A stretch of DNA of 64,000 nt, from NCBI GenBank assembly GCA_026708965.1, contig JAPOTY010000034.1, positions 15,323 to 79,322 of the forward strand, in the 5' to 3' direction. This document shows, piece by piece, positions 27,251-38,992 of this stretch (the first letter of the stretch is position 1; each line of letters opens with the position of its first letter). The notes beneath the pieces were generated by a model that was given only the letters and a program-made list of their open reading frames with translations, did no database searches and was not told the origin of the DNA. Both the position numbers and the translations under genes were made by a program. Source of the DNA: Gammaproteobacteria bacterium. GTDB lineage: Bacteria; Pseudomonadota; Gammaproteobacteria; Steroidobacterales; Foliamicaceae.

Positions 27251-27939
27251 TCCTGGCCCGGCAGGAGCGGAACAAACGCCACCGGCGCCAGGTTTTCGCG
27301 AACCTCGCCGTCTTCGGAGCGCTCGACGCATAGCAACTTCTGACGGTCGCGGCCGCCCACCGGCATGACCAGCCTGCCGCCGGGAGCAAGCTGCTCCAGC
27401 AGCGCCTCGGGCACGCTGGCGGCACCGGCAGCCACCAGGATGCCGTCGAAGGGCGCCTGTCCCGGCCAGCCCTCCTTCCCGTCACCGTGGCGAAAGCGCA
27501 CGTTTCCGCAGCCCAGCTCGCGCAACAGGGGACGGGACGAGTCGAGCAGCGACCGGATCCGCTCGATGGCGAAAAGCTGACGAACCAGCGGAGCCAGAAT
27601 GGCGGTTTGGTAGCCGGAACCGCTCCCCACCTCCAGCACCTTGCCGGGGCGCCGCATTCGACCGTCGTCGTCCATCAGCAGCGCCTGCGTCATCAGCGCC
27701 ACCACGTACGGCTGCGAGATGGTCTGGCCCGCGCCGATGGGCAGCGCATTATCCTGATAGGCATAGCGCTCCAAGGCTTCGTCAATGAACAGGTGGCGCG
27801 GCGCGCGCCGAATCTGCTCGAGCACTTCCTGGCTGCGGATTCCGCGCTGCTCAAGCTGTTCGGCCAGCCGGTCGCGCGCCCGCGCCGAGGTCAGGCCGAT
27901 TCCGCTGCGCCGGCGCAAGCCCGATTGCGCGCTGCTCAT
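27247..27939 (-). CDS. pcm: Protein-L-isoaspartate O-methyltransferase
   Basis: GQTISQPYVVALM and VLEVGSGSGYQTAILA. ATGA overlap with the surE stop. Confidence 0.9.
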   Translation of the reverse strand: MSSAQSGLRRRSGIGLTSARARDRLAEQLEQRGIRSQEVLEQIRRAPRHLFIDEALERYAYQDNALPIGAGQTISQPYVVALMTQALLMDDDGRMRRPGKVLEVGSGSGYQTAILAPLVRQLFAIERIRSLLDSSRPLLRELGCGNVRFRHGDGKEGWPGQAPFDGILVAAGAASVPEALLEQLAPGGRLVMPVGGRDRQKLLCVERSEDGEVRENLAPVAFVPLLPGQE

Positions 27940-28679
27940 CGCCGCAACCAGTCGCCCGCGGCTTCAAGCCGCTGATGGTCGGTCAGATCGCACTGCAGCG
28001 GCGTGACCGAAATCCAGCCGTCGCCCAAGGCGTGAAAGTCGGTGTCGGGGCCGGCGTCCAGGCCATGCCCGGGAAGCCCCATCCAGTACAGCTTGCCGCC
28101 GTACGGGTCGTCGGAAACCCTCACCCGCGCGGCCTTGTGCCGGTGCCCGAGGCGCGTCAGCTTAAAACCGCGAATCTCCTTCCAAGGCAGGTCGGGCACA
28201 TTCACGTTCAAGAGCATGTTTCCGGGCGGCTTGCTGCGGCTTAAGCGCTCGAACAACTCGCTCACCGCGCGCGAGGCCGATTCAAAGTTCCGCGGGGGAT
28301 AGCCCGCCACCGAAACCGCCACCGCCGGAATATCGAGCACCCGCGCCTCCATCGCAGCAGCCACAGTGCCGGAGTAAAGCACATCGTCGCCGAGATTGGG
28401 GCCGTGGTTGATTCCGGAAAATACCATGTGGGGGTCGACCGGCAACAGCCCGGTAATCGCGATATGCACGCAGTCCGTGGGAGTGCCGGAGCAATACCAG
28501 CGGTTCTTCCCCAGTTGCGTGATCCGCAGCGGCTCAAACAGCGTGAGCGAATTGCTGGCGCCGCTGTGGTTGCGCTCCGGCGCAACGATCATGATCTCGG
28601 CCTGGCCCAGCAGCGCCCGCTCCAAGGCCTGCAAACCCTCGGCCCGGTAGCCGTCGTCGTTGGAAAGCAGAACGCGCAC
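27936..28679 (-). CDS. surE: 5'/3'-nucleotidase SurE
   Basis: GTG 28679 gives VRVLLSNDDGYRAEGL, the canonical SurE N-terminus. The track ORF extends to 28775. Confidence 0.85.
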   Translation of the reverse strand: MRVLLSNDDGYRAEGLQALERALLGQAEIMIVAPERNHSGASNSLTLFEPLRITQLGKNRWYCSGTPTDCVHIAITGLLPVDPHMVFSGINHGPNLGDDVLYSGTVAAAMEARVLDIPAVAVSVAGYPPRNFESASRAVSELFERLSRSKPPGNMLLNVNVPDLPWKEIRGFKLTRLGHRHKAARVRVSDDPYGGKLYWMGLPGHGLDAGPDTDFHALGDGWISVTPLQCDLTDHQRLEAAGDWLRR

Positions 28680-28710
28680 GGACAACCCTGGTTTCGCCAG
28701 CGTCAGGCTG

Positions 28711-29046
28711 CTAATCCCGCGAATCAGCGGGCGTTTCGGGACCCGAGCGGGCCTGGTTGTCCGATTCCTCTTCAACTAGGAGGTACATCTTCTCGCCCGG
28801 ACCCACCATGCCCAATTCGGAGCGGGCCAAACGTTCAATTTCCTCATCGCCTTCCCTCAGATCCTCAACCTCCGCCGCCAGCCTTCGGTTGCGCTCGCGC
28901 AGCGCGGCGTTGTCCTGCTCCTGGGCAGCCACCTCCCGCTGCACCCGGACAAGGCCCAGCAGCCCGTCATCGGCAAACCACAGCGGGTACTGCAGCCCGG
29001 CCAGAGCCAACCCCCCCAGCAGGATCCCGGACCATTTAGCCCGCAT
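28711..29046 (-). CDS. ftsB: Cell division protein FtsB
   Basis: From ATG 29046: MRAKWSGILLGGLALAGLQYPLWFADDGLLGLVRVQREVAAQEQDNAALRERNRRLAAEVEDL. This is one TM helix followed by a coiled coil. Confidence 0.8.
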   Translation of the reverse strand: MRAKWSGILLGGLALAGLQYPLWFADDGLLGLVRVQREVAAQEQDNAALRERNRRLAAEVEDLREGDEEIERLARSELGMVGPGEKMYLLVEEESDNQARSGPETPADSRD

Positions 29047-29104
29047 TGTCAAACGCGGCGACGTTTGTCGCCCTGCCCCGCTGCCGCTGGGAGGCACAAC
29101 CCAA

Positions 29105-29202
29105 GCCTTTCCTTGCTCCCGCCTTCCGGGAGTGTTGAAGCCACTGCGCGCCAATGGCTTGGCGCGCACAGCGCCTCCCGGAAGGCGGGAGCGAGGAAAG
29201 GC
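29105..29202. repeat. 98-bp hairpin element: 28-bp arms (27 Watson-Crick pairs plus 1 G-T) around a 42-nt loop that holds a second hairpin
   Basis: The left arm is gcctttccttgctcccgccttccgggag (29105-29132). The right arm is ctcccggaaggcgggagcgaggaaaggc (29175-29202). The inner hairpin is gcgcgccaa-tggc-ttggcgcgc. The element lies between eno and ftsB. Confidence 0.8.
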
Positions 29203-29244
29203 GGAATCAACGCCCATTGCTGAAAATCGCGGGGTTTGTCGCTC

Positions 29245-30543
29245 CTAAGCCGCATGGTGGGCGCTCACGTGGGCAGGAAAGGCGCGCAAGCCGGCGTATG
29301 CGGCATCGGCGCCGAGGGCTTCGGAGATTCTGAGAAGACGGTTGTATTTCTCCGTGCGGTCGGAGCGGCAGGGCGCCCCGGTCTTGATCTGAGTGGCCGC
29401 CGAACCCACCGCCAAATCGGCGATGAAGGTATCGGCCGTTTCCCCCGAGCGATGCGAGATCACCGCCGCGTATCCGGCCGCCACGGCCGCGTCCACCGCT
29501 TGCAGCGTTTCCGTCAGCGTGCCCACCTGGTTGGGCTTGATCAGGATAGCGTTGCCGACCTGCCGCTCGATGCCCTCAGCGAGAATAGCCGTTTGCGTAA
29601 CGAACAGGTCATCCCCAACCAGCTGAACCGTGGCGCCCAAAGCACGGGACAGGGCCTCCCATCCGCGCCAGTCGTCCTCGGCCATGCCATCCTCGATGCT
29701 GACTAGGGGGTAAGCGTCGGCCAGCTCCTTGAGCCATCCGGCAAAATCGCCGGCATCGAACCTGCGGCCTTCGGATTCAAGAACGTACAGGCCATCCCGA
29801 TATAACTCGCTGGCAGCCACGTCCAGCCCCAAAAGGAAATCGCCGGGCACCGAAAATCCCGCCCGCTGGATTGCTTCGATCAGCACTTCCAGAGCCGCCT
29901 TGCTCGACGGCAGGTCCGGCGCGAACCCCCCCTCGTCGCCAACCGCGGTGGAACGACCGGAACGGCGCAAAACGCCCTTCAGAACGTGATAGACCTCCAC
30001 CCCCCAGCGCAGCGCTTCGGAGAAATCCGCCGCCCCCACCGGAAGAACCATGAACTCCTGCACATCAAGGCGGTTATCGGCATGCGCGCCGCCGTTCACC
30101 ACGTTCATCATGGGCGTGGGCATCCATCGCGCGCCGTTGCCCAGACGGCGGTATAGCGGAACCCCCGACGACGACGCGGCGGCCCGCGCCGAGGCCAGCG
30201 AAACGGCGAGCATGGCGTTGGCGCCAAGCGCGGACCGGTTGCCGGTGGCATCCAATTCCACCATGCGCGAATCCAGCGCTTGCTGGTTGCCGCCGTCCAT
30301 GCCGAGCAGGGCCTCGTGTATCCGGCCATTCACATGGGCCACGGCCCGGCGGACCCCGCGGCCGCCGAAGCGGGCCTTGTCGCCGTCGCGCAACTCGACC
30401 GCTTCGCGCGCGCCGGTGGAAGCGCCGGAGGGCACGGCCGCGCGCCCAATGGCCCCGCAGCTTAAGCCCACTTCGGCCTCCACCGTTGGATTGCCGCGCG
30501 AATCCAGAATTTCGCGGGCGTGGATCCGGGTTATGCGAGACAT
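29245..30543 (-). CDS. eno: Enolase
   Basis: 432 aa. [25 protein letters not shown]... and [14 protein letters not shown]. Confidence 0.95.
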   Translation of the reverse strand: MSRITRIHAREILDSRGNPTVEAEVGLSCGAIGRAAVPSGASTGAREAVELRDGDKARFGGRGVRRAVAHVNGRIHEALLGMDGGNQQALDSRMVELDATGNRSALGANAMLAVSLASARAAASSSGVPLYRRLGNGARWMPTPMMNVVNGGAHADNRLDVQEFMVLPVGAADFSEALRWGVEVYHVLKGVLRRSGRSTAVGDEGGFAPDLPSSKAALEVLIEAIQRAGFSVPGDFLLGLDVAASELYRDGLYVLESEGRRFDAGDFAGWLKELADAYPLVSIEDGMAEDDWRGWEALSRALGATVQLVGDDLFVTQTAILAEGIERQVGNAILIKPNQVGTLTETLQAVDAAVAAGYAAVISHRSGETADTFIADLAVGSAATQIKTGAPCRSDRTEKYNRLLRISEALGADAAYAGLRAFPAHVSAHHAA

Positions 30544-31397
30544 GATTCCTCGGCCAGGGAGCGGGCCTTGACCGTCCGGTCCAACTCAAGAAGCGACTCC
30601 ATCAGTTCGCGCACACGGTGCAAGGGCCAAGCGTTGGGGCCGTCGCTCAAGGCCTCCTCAGGGCGCGGATGGGTTTCCATGAAGAGTCCCGAAATCCCCG
30701 CGCCCACGGCCGCTCGCGCCAGCACCGGCACAAACTCCCGCTGCCCTCCGGACGACTTGCCCCTGGCGCCGGGCAATTGCACCGAGTGGGTGCAGTCGAA
30801 TACCACCGGGCAGCCGGTGGCGCGCAACTGCGCCAGCGAGCGCATATCCACCACGAGATTGTTGTAGCCGAAAGCGAAGCCCCGTTCGCACACCAGGATG
30901 GAGCCATTGCCGGTGGAGCGCGCCTTCTCGACCACGTTGCCCATCTCCGCAGGCGAAAGGAACTGGCCCTTCTTGATATTGAGCGGCTTGCCGGCAGCCG
31001 CGGCGCGAAGTATGAAATCGGTCTGGCGGCACAACAGCGCCGGAGTTTGCAGCATATCCGCAACCGCGGCCACCTCGTCCACGGGGGTGTTCTCATGCAC
31101 ATCGGTGAGCACCGGCACACCGATGCGGGTCTTCACCTCCTCGAGAATCCTCAGGCCGCGTTCCATCCCATGGCCGCGGAAACCCGAAAGCGAAGACCGG
31201 TTGGCCTTATCGAACGATGACTTGTAAACCAGCGGAAATCCGAGCTCCCGGCTCACTTCGGCCAGCCGGCCGGCGGTCTCAAGCGCCGAATCCCGCGATT
31301 CCACCACGCAGGTGCCGGCAATCAGGAAGATCGGCTGGCCAAGTCCGGCCGTGAAGCCGGCTACTTCCACGCTGCCGGCACCGCTCGGCGAGGCCAC
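30531..31397 (-). CDS. kdsA: 3-deoxy-8-phosphooctulonate synthase KdsA
   Basis: [13 protein letters not shown]...[13 protein letters not shown]...VPVLTDVHE. The start is uncertain (GTG 31397 or GTG 31370). The track start at 31487 would overlap pyrG. Confidence 0.85.
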   Translation of the reverse strand: MASPSGAGSVEVAGFTAGLGQPIFLIAGTCVVESRDSALETAGRLAEVSRELGFPLVYKSSFDKANRSSLSGFRGHGMERGLRILEEVKTRIGVPVLTDVHENTPVDEVAAVADMLQTPALLCRQTDFILRAAAAGKPLNIKKGQFLSPAEMGNVVEKARSTGNGSILVCERGFAFGYNNLVVDMRSLAQLRATGCPVVFDCTHSVQLPGARGKSSGGQREFVPVLARAAVGAGISGLFMETHPRPEEALSDGPNAWPLHRVRELMESLLELDRTVKARSLAEESCLA

Positions 31398-31413
31398 TAG
31401 CGCCGCGCCGGAA

Positions 31414-33114
<1,701 letters not shown>

Positions 33115-33228
33115 TTAACACACACGGACGATCGCGAACGCCGGAACGCAAGGGAATTTTCCCGCGCCGGCCTCCTGATTTCGAGGAAAGCCCGGGGCGT
33201 GCCGCAAGCTCCCGCCCCGCTTTCGCCG

Positions 33229-34080
33229 CTACTGGCGGAACATCACATTGTCGATAAGGCGGGCGGCGCCCAGCCGGGCGGCGGCCAGGATCACCCATTC
33301 GCCGGCCGCGCCGGCGGCGGGCGGCCCTAGGTCGCCGGCGCGGCGCACCGCAACGTAATCCGGCGCAAAGCCCTTCTCCCGAAGGCGCGCCGCAGCCTCC
33401 TGCTCCAGCCGGGCGAAGTCGCGCTCGCCCTTGCCCAAACGCCGCGCGCATTCCTGAAGGACCGCGTGCAGCAGCGGCGCGAGCCGCCTTTGCCCGGCGC
33501 TCAGATAACGATTGCGGGAACTCATGGCCAGTCCGTCGTCCTCGCGCATGATCGGCCCCTCGACCACCTCCACGGGAATATGCAGGTCCCCGACCATGCG
33601 GCGCAGGATCACCAATTGCTGATAATCCTTGCGTCCGAAAATCGCGGCATCAGGCAGCATGATGAGAAGCAGCCTCGCAACCACCGATGTCACTCCGGCA
33701 AAGTGAGCGGGGCGGTGCGCTCCGCAGAGATCGGCGGACAGGCCCGGCACTTCCACCCGAGTGGGATCCTCAAGCCCCCTGGGATAGATCTCTTCCGCTC
33801 CGGGGGCGAACAGCAGGTCCGCGCCGCCTTCCCGCAGCATGGCGGCATCCGCCTCCGGATTGCGGGGATAGCGTTCGAAATCCTCACCCGGGGCAAACTG
33901 TGTCGGATTCACGAAAATGCTCACTGCGGCTCGCCCCGAGCGTTTCGCAAGATTCGCCAGATTCAGATGGGCTTCATGCAGCGCGCCCATCGTGGGCACC
34001 AGCGTGACCCTCTCGCCCGCCTCCTGCCAGCGGCGAACCTGCGCCCTTGCCTGCGCCCCCGTCTTAACGACGCGCATCAT
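33229..34080 (-). CDS. panC: Pantoate-beta-alanine ligase
   Basis: LVPTMGALHEAHLNL and VSIFVNPTQF. Confidence 0.9.
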   Translation of the reverse strand: MMRVVKTGAQARAQVRRWQEAGERVTLVPTMGALHEAHLNLANLAKRSGRAAVSIFVNPTQFAPGEDFERYPRNPEADAAMLREGGADLLFAPGAEEIYPRGLEDPTRVEVPGLSADLCGAHRPAHFAGVTSVVARLLLIMLPDAAIFGRKDYQQLVILRRMVGDLHIPVEVVEGPIMREDDGLAMSSRNRYLSAGQRRLAPLLHAVLQECARRLGKGERDFARLEQEAAARLREKGFAPDYVAVRRAGDLGPPAAGAAGEWVILAAARLGAARLIDNVMFRQ

Positions 34081-34179
34081 CCCAAAGGACTGGTCGGGCG
34101 CGAGTTGTCGGCACGGTGGCGCCGCGCCGACAACGGGCCAGCCCGAAAACGCAATGCTGCGCGCGAGGCATGCGAGGCA

Positions 34180-35010
34180 TCAGGAGAAGCAGTGCTCGGG
34201 CGCCGGATATTCCCGCGACTTCACCGCCGCGACATAGGCTTCGCAGGCGGCCAGCGGGCTGCCTGCCTCGTCGATGAAGTTGCGCACGAACTTTGGCACC
34301 GGACCCTGGGTGATGCCCAGCATGTCGTACAGCACCAGGATCTGGCCATCCACATTCGGACCCGCCCCGATCCCGATCACCGGCACCCGGCATTGCCTAG
34401 CCACCGCCTGCCCCAACTCGTTGGGCACGCATTCAAGCAATACCAGGTCGGCGCCCGCATCCTCGAGCCGGCGCGCGCTCTCCACCATTTGCCCGGCCTG
34501 ATCAGGATCGCGGCCATGCACCCTGAAGCCGCCGATTTTATGCACCGACTGCGGCCGCAGCCCAATATGGGCGCAAACCGGGATATCGTGCCGCGCCAGG
34601 TGCTCCACGATCTTCCTCTGGCCCATGCCGCCCTCCAGCTTCACCATCATCGCAGCGCCCTCCTGCATCAGGCGAACGGCGTTATCCAGCGCCTGCTCCG
34701 GCTCGCTGTAGCTCATAAAGGGCATGTCGGCCACGAGAAAGGCATGGGTCAGCGACCGGGCAACGATCTTGCTGTGGTAGATGATGTCATCCACGGTCAC
34801 CGGCACGGTGGTGTCGTGTCCCTGAATCACCATGCCCAGTGAATCGCCCACCAGCACAAGGTCCACTCCCGATTGATCGACCAGCAGCGCAAAGCTGGCG
34901 TCGTAGGCGGTAAGGCAGGCGATCGGCTCGCCCTCCCTCTTCATCCGCGCCAGCGTGCTCACGTTAACCGGCGGTCGGCGCATATCGCGCTGCTTCAGTT
35001 GAACGTACAT
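34180..35010 (-). CDS. panB: 3-methyl-2-oxobutanoate hydroxymethyltransferase
   Basis: CLTAYDASFA, LVGDSLGMVIQGH and MVKLEGG. A downstream start at the second Met is possible. Confidence 0.9.
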   Translation of the reverse strand: MYVQLKQRDMRRPPVNVSTLARMKREGEPIACLTAYDASFALLVDQSGVDLVLVGDSLGMVIQGHDTTVPVTVDDIIYHSKIVARSLTHAFLVADMPFMSYSEPEQALDNAVRLMQEGAAMMVKLEGGMGQRKIVEHLARHDIPVCAHIGLRPQSVHKIGGFRVHGRDPDQAGQMVESARRLEDAGADLVLLECVPNELGQAVARQCRVPVIGIGAGPNVDGQILVLYDMLGITQGPVPKFVRNFIDEAGSPLAACEAYVAAVKSREYPAPEHCFS

Positions 35011-35055
35011 CCAGGGTTCCTCAAACCGGGGGCGGCGGATCGCGGAATACGGCCC

Positions 35056-35712
35056 CTAAACAACCAGACCGCTGGGATCGAAGTAGGTGCGCCCGGCCGT
35101 TACGCTCTTCATCTCATCGAGCAGCAGATCCAGGTGCTCATCGTTATTGGCCAGGTCGATGGACTCGGTGTTCACAATCAGCACCGGCGCCGCGTCGTAG
35201 TCGAGTATGAATCGCGCCATCGCGTCATTCACCTTTTCAAGGTAGTCGGCGGTAATGCGTCTTTCCATAGGAATGCCGCGGTTGGCAATGCGCTTGAGCA
35301 GCGTTCGCACCGATGTTTGCAGAAAAAGGACCAGGTCCGGAACCGGCGGCTCCACCGCCACCGCCTGCCTCACCATGTCGTAAACCTGCAACTCGTCGGC
35401 AGCCAGCGTGCATTCGGCATAGACCCGGTCGCGCTCAAGAAGAAAATCGCTGATCCTCGTAGTCGGGAACAGGTCTTCCTTCTTGATCCATTCGGCCAGT
35501 TGCGTACGGTGCAGCAGGAAATACAGCTGCGCCGGCAAGGCTGCCTGCGATACGCCCCCATAAAACCGCTCCAGGAACGGATTGCCGTGCGGCGCCTCCA
35601 CGATCAGCTCGCCTTTCATCCGGTTCGCCAGCAAATGCGCCAGCGTCGATTTGCCGGCCCCGATGCAGCCCTCCACAGCAATATAGCGGCCGGGGCCGGA
35701 TTGCCCGGTCAT
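35056..35712 (-). CDS. Deoxynucleoside kinase family protein
   Basis: From ATG 35712 (ATGA overlap with the pcnB stop): ...RYIAVEGCIGAGKSTLAHLLA...FLERFY. Confidence 0.75.
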   Translation of the reverse strand: MTGQSGPGRYIAVEGCIGAGKSTLAHLLANRMKGELIVEAPHGNPFLERFYGGVSQAALPAQLYFLLHRTQLAEWIKKEDLFPTTRISDFLLERDRVYAECTLAADELQVYDMVRQAVAVEPPVPDLVLFLQTSVRTLLKRIANRGIPMERRITADYLEKVNDAMARFILDYDAAPVLIVNTESIDLANNDEHLDLLLDEMKSVTAGRTYFDPSGLVV

Positions 35713-37091
35713 CCGCCGCCTTCCTTGCGGGGCCTTTTCGCGGCCCTGCCCGCGTTCGCCTTGCGGCGTTTCGACCAGGAGCGCGAAGGCGCCGTTCCCG
35801 CCCTCTTGCGCCAATAGCGCACCCGTTCCTCATCCACCTCGCCCAAACGCTCGCGCAAGCACAGCAAGCGGTATGCCGGACGAAACAACGGGCTTCCCGA
35901 CACTTGGCGCGCCCGCCGCGGCTGATCCGACTGAAGCGTGGCCTGCCGGGCCAGCACCTCCTCCATATCCGCCTGCATTTTCCGCGTGGGTTTGAGCCCG
36001 AATTCCATCCCGCGCACGACGGCGCGGAACGCCTCGGCAATCTGGCCGTGCCTCGGGGGCTTCCCGCTGCCGTAAGCAATGCCGGGGCTCATCGACACGG
36101 CGCCCCAAAAGAACACGCACATCAGGAACATCAGGCTGGCGTGGCTGCCCTCGTTGAGACGGCGGTCGGTGGTTTCGAGCGCCTCGTGCAGGAACGCTTC
36201 GGCGCGCGGCTGCGCGTCGGCCCATGCCTTGAGAAAAGGAAAAAGCTCGTAGAGCAGGCCGAATTGCTGCAACTGGGCGAAACTAGCCACCGCATGGCCG
36301 CTCAGGAAAAGCTTGCGGACCTCTTCAAGCAGACGGGCGGGAGGCTCCGAGCGGAGCAGCCGCGCCATTTTCGGAATCGGCGCCGCGCAGCGCTTGTCCA
36401 GCGCGCAGTCGAGCTTGGCGGCAAAGCGCGCCGCGCGCAGCATGCGCACCGGATCCTCCTTGTAGCGCAGCTGCGGCTCTCCGATCAAACGCAGCCGGCG
36501 CCGGCGAATATCATCGAGACCGCCCGAGTGATCGATGATGCGACCGTCGGCGTAGTCCCAGTACAGGGCGTTAACCGTGAAATCGCGCCGCATCACGTCC
36601 TCTTCCAGGCTGCCGAAACGGTTGTCGCGCAGGATGCGTCCGTGAGCGCCTTTCACCACCGCGTCCCCGGCATCCGCCCCTTCGGCATCCGCCGGCTCGG
36701 CCCCCGAGCCGCGAAACGTGGCCACCTCGATGTACTCGCGCCCGAACATCACATGCGCCAAGCGGAAGCGCCGCCCGATCAGCAGCACCCTGCGAAAAAG
36801 CTTCTTCACCTCTTCCGGGCGCGCGTCCGTCACCACGTCGAAGTCCTTCGGCCTGAGATTCAGAAGGAGGTCGCGCACGCCGCCGCCCACCACGCAGGCG
36901 CGGTGCCCGGCCCGGTGCAAGCCGCGGAGCACCGTAATGACGTTGGACGGCAATTGCCGCGAATGAATACGCGGTTCGCCCGAGGGAATTTTCAGCGCCG
37001 TTGTTTCGATGGAGGGCGAGACCCCCAGCTTCAAGGATTTGGCGGCGCGCCCTTGCGGCGCGCCCGTTTTCGGCTGCCTATAATATCGCAC
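35709..37091 (-). CDS. pcnB: Poly(A) polymerase I
   Basis: ACVVGGGVRDLLLNLRPKDFDVVTDARPEEV and RLAHVMFGREYIEVATFR. The exact start is uncertain. Confidence 0.9.
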   Translation of the reverse strand: MRYYRQPKTGAPQGRAAKSLKLGVSPSIETTALKIPSGEPRIHSRQLPSNVITVLRGLHRAGHRACVVGGGVRDLLLNLRPKDFDVVTDARPEEVKKLFRRVLLIGRRFRLAHVMFGREYIEVATFRGSGAEPADAEGADAGDAVVKGAHGRILRDNRFGSLEEDVMRRDFTVNALYWDYADGRIIDHSGGLDDIRRRRLRLIGEPQLRYKEDPVRMLRAARFAAKLDCALDKRCAAPIPKMARLLRSEPPARLLEEVRKLFLSGHAVASFAQLQQFGLLYELFPFLKAWADAQPRAEAFLHEALETTDRRLNEGSHASLMFLMCVFFWGAVSMSPGIAYGSGKPPRHGQIAEAFRAVVRGMEFGLKPTRKMQADMEEVLARQATLQSDQPRRARQVSGSPLFRPAYRLLCLRERLGEVDEERVRYWRKRAGTAPSRSWSKRRKANAGRAAKRPRKEGGG

Positions 37092-37124
37092 GGCAGGCGC
37101 GCCCGGGGTCGGCGTGCCTTTCGC

Positions 37125-37199
37125 GCTCCCTTCGTCTAGGGGTCAGGACACCAGACTCTCAATCTGGAAACAGGGGTTCGATTCCCCTAGGGAGCGCCA
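37125..37199 (+). tRNA. tRNA-Glu (anticodon CUC)
   Basis: Hand-folded cloverleaf. Acceptor GCTCCCT/AGGGAGC; D arm GTCT..GGAC. The anticodon stem is CCAGA/TCTGG with loop CT-CTC-AA. T arm AGGGG-TTCGATT-CCCCT; discriminator G plus encoded CCA. Close to the E. coli tRNA-Glu scaffold. Confidence 0.9.
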
Positions 37200-37231
37200 A
37201 CTTCCCCCCTTTTGCGGATCGGAGATATGGT

Positions 37232-37531
37232 TCAGGATGCGCCTTCCAAGACGCAGGGCTCAACCGCAAGGTTTTCCGAGTTTCGTCTGGCGTTCCACAA
37301 ATCGTAGGCGGCTTGGAGGCGAAGCCAGTGATCGGCGGAGGGCTTGCGGAATGCCAGCTCCAGCCGAACCGACATTTCCGGGGTGACAGCGCCGCGAGCG
37401 TTCAGAATCTTCGACAACGTCTTCCGGCTCACGTTCAGATGCCTAGCCGCATCGGTGACGCTCATCCCCATAGGCTCCACGATGAGTTCGCGAAGTATCT
37501 CGCCGGGATGCGCAGGATTGTGCATAGTCAT
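37232..37531 (-). CDS. higA: HigA-family HTH antitoxin (intact)
   Basis: 99 aa. [54 protein letters not shown]...[11 protein letters not shown]. Confidence 0.8.
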   Translation of the reverse strand: MTMHNPAHPGEILRELIVEPMGMSVTDAARHLNVSRKTLSKILNARGAVTPEMSVRLELAFRKPSADHWLRLQAAYDLWNARRNSENLAVEPCVLEGAS

Positions 37532-37810
37532 CAGTGATAATCCTCGTAGTTAACAACTTCGGCATTCTGTCCGGCAAACCTGAAGGTGACGCGCCAATTC
37601 GCACTCGCCACAACCGACCAAACGCCCTTTCGCTTGCCTTTCAAAGCGTGCAGGCGCAAACCCGGAAGATCCATGCCGGCCGGGGCTTCAGCAACTTCAA
37701 GGTTTGAGAGGATAAGTCGTAACCGCTTGGCATGCCGAGCCTGAATTCCCGATATACGCCCCGTCCTAAAAAAACCGCTCGAGTCCCTTGTGGGCGAAGC
37801 TCAGTATCAT
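37531..37810 (-). pseudogene. higB: higB toxin gene disrupted by a 1-nt frameshift in a homopolymer (A7 on the plus strand, 37768-37774)
   Basis: Own translation gives MILSFAHKGLERFF then a stop. The next frame continues [78 protein letters not shown]. Six T instead of seven would restore a full-length HigB. The stop overlaps the higA ATG (TGATG). Confidence 0.8.
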
Positions 37811-37819
37811 ACGCTGATT

Positions 37820-37836
37820 GTAACCTATTAGGTTAC
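37820..37836. promoter_or_regulatory. Perfect 17-bp palindrome GTAACCTA-T-TAGGTTAC upstream of higB, a candidate HigA operator
   Basis: Read from the sequence, 10 nt upstream of the higB ATG (37810). Confidence 0.55.
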
Positions 37837-37900
37837 GAATTTTAGGCGACTCAGCACCGTTTCGTCCTATGTCCGGGCGCGCTGGCTAATGCGCCCCGGA

Positions 37901-38992
37901 TTATCCTCGGGGGCGGCGCCAGCGGAGGCGGTCGGCGCGGAGCAGGAGGGCGGTGGCGGCCGCGCCCAAGGCCAGCGTGGGCATCCAAGCGGCCAGCCAA
38001 GGGGCCGCGCCGTAGAGTTGGCCGGCTTCCGCCACGCCGCGGTTGGCGAGAAACCATACCAGCGCAATGCCCAGGCCGATGGCGGCGCGGGCGCTGCCTC
38101 CAAGTTTTCTGCGATTGGTGAAGACCAGCGGCAGGGCTAGCACGCACATCAGCGCCACCGCTGCCATGGTGGCAAGGCGCGAATGAATTTCCAAGCGGAA
38201 GCGCTGCCCGCTGAGCCGGTTCGCTTCGAGATAGCGCGCGTAGCGCAACAGGCCAGCCATCTTCATCAGCTCCGGGCGTGATTCCACGAGTTCCACGATT
38301 TCCGGACTCAGGCGCGTTTCCATCACCCATTCGTTGCGGGACTGCACGCGGGTCCGCTGCGCCTCGATAGCGGTTTCCTCGTAGCCCCGCAATTCAAGCC
38401 TGCCGTCCTCGTTGATCCTAGCGGTGCGCGCACGGCCCCACGCGCTGATTCCGTCGGCGCCGAGGCGGAACAGAATGGCGCTTGCATAGCCCTCCCGCTG
38501 GCCGCCAGGGCGCAGGTTCAGGATCAGGTCGCCATCGCGCATCCAAACGCTCTCGCCTTGGGCGAGGGCGGGCGCGGGGCTCAGGGCGGCGGCGCGCATG
38601 CGCTTGCCCAGCGCGTGCATCGGCGGCGCCAGCGATTCGCCGAGAAAAAATGCGAGCAGAGCCAGCGCAGCGCCGGCAGTCCAGACCGGCGCTGAAAGCC
38701 GCAGCACCGATACGCCGGAGGCCCTGGCCACCGTGAGCTCATGGTGGGCGGAGAGATTGCCCAGCGCCAGAAAGGACCCGATAATGGCGGCGGCAGGCAG
38801 GGCTTCAAAAGCGAATTGCGGAATGCGCAGCGCGGCATAGGCGAGGCCGTCCAGCAGCGTGTATTGCCCCTGTCCTGCGAACCGCGACTGCTGGGCGAAA
38901 TCCACGAATAGCGAAAGCGAAAGCAGCGCCGCCAGGCAGACCAGCACCACCGGCAGGATGGCGCGCGCGATATAGCGGTCCAGCAGCGTCAT
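37901..38992 (-). CDS. lptG: LPS export ABC transporter permease LptG
   Basis: From ATG 38992 (ATGA overlap with the lptF stop): MTLLDRYIARAILPVVLVCL... Confidence 0.85.
   Translation of the reverse strand: MTLLDRYIARAILPVVLVCLAALLSLSLFVDFAQQSRFAGQGQYTLLDGLAYAALRIPQFAFEALPAAAIIGSFLALGNLSAHHELTVARASGVSVLRLSAPVWTAGAALALLAFFLGESLAPPMHALGKRMRAAALSPAPALAQGESVWMRDGDLILNLRPGGQREGYASAILFRLGADGISAWGRARTARINEDGRLELRGYEETAIEAQRTRVQSRNEWVMETRLSPEIVELVESRPELMKMAGLLRYARYLEANRLSGQRFRLEIHSRLATMAAVALMCVLALPLVFTNRRKLGGSARAAIGLGIALVWFLANRGVAEAGQLYGAAPWLAAWMPTLALGAAATALLLRADRLRWRRPRG

Noticed and set aside
34081-34179. 9-bp stem hairpin GTTGTCGGC...GCCGACAAC between panB and panC, and a GC-rich stem-loop after panC (33180-33225).
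   Set aside because: These are short stems without U-tracts. They are plausible weak terminators or attenuators but not distinctive enough to call.
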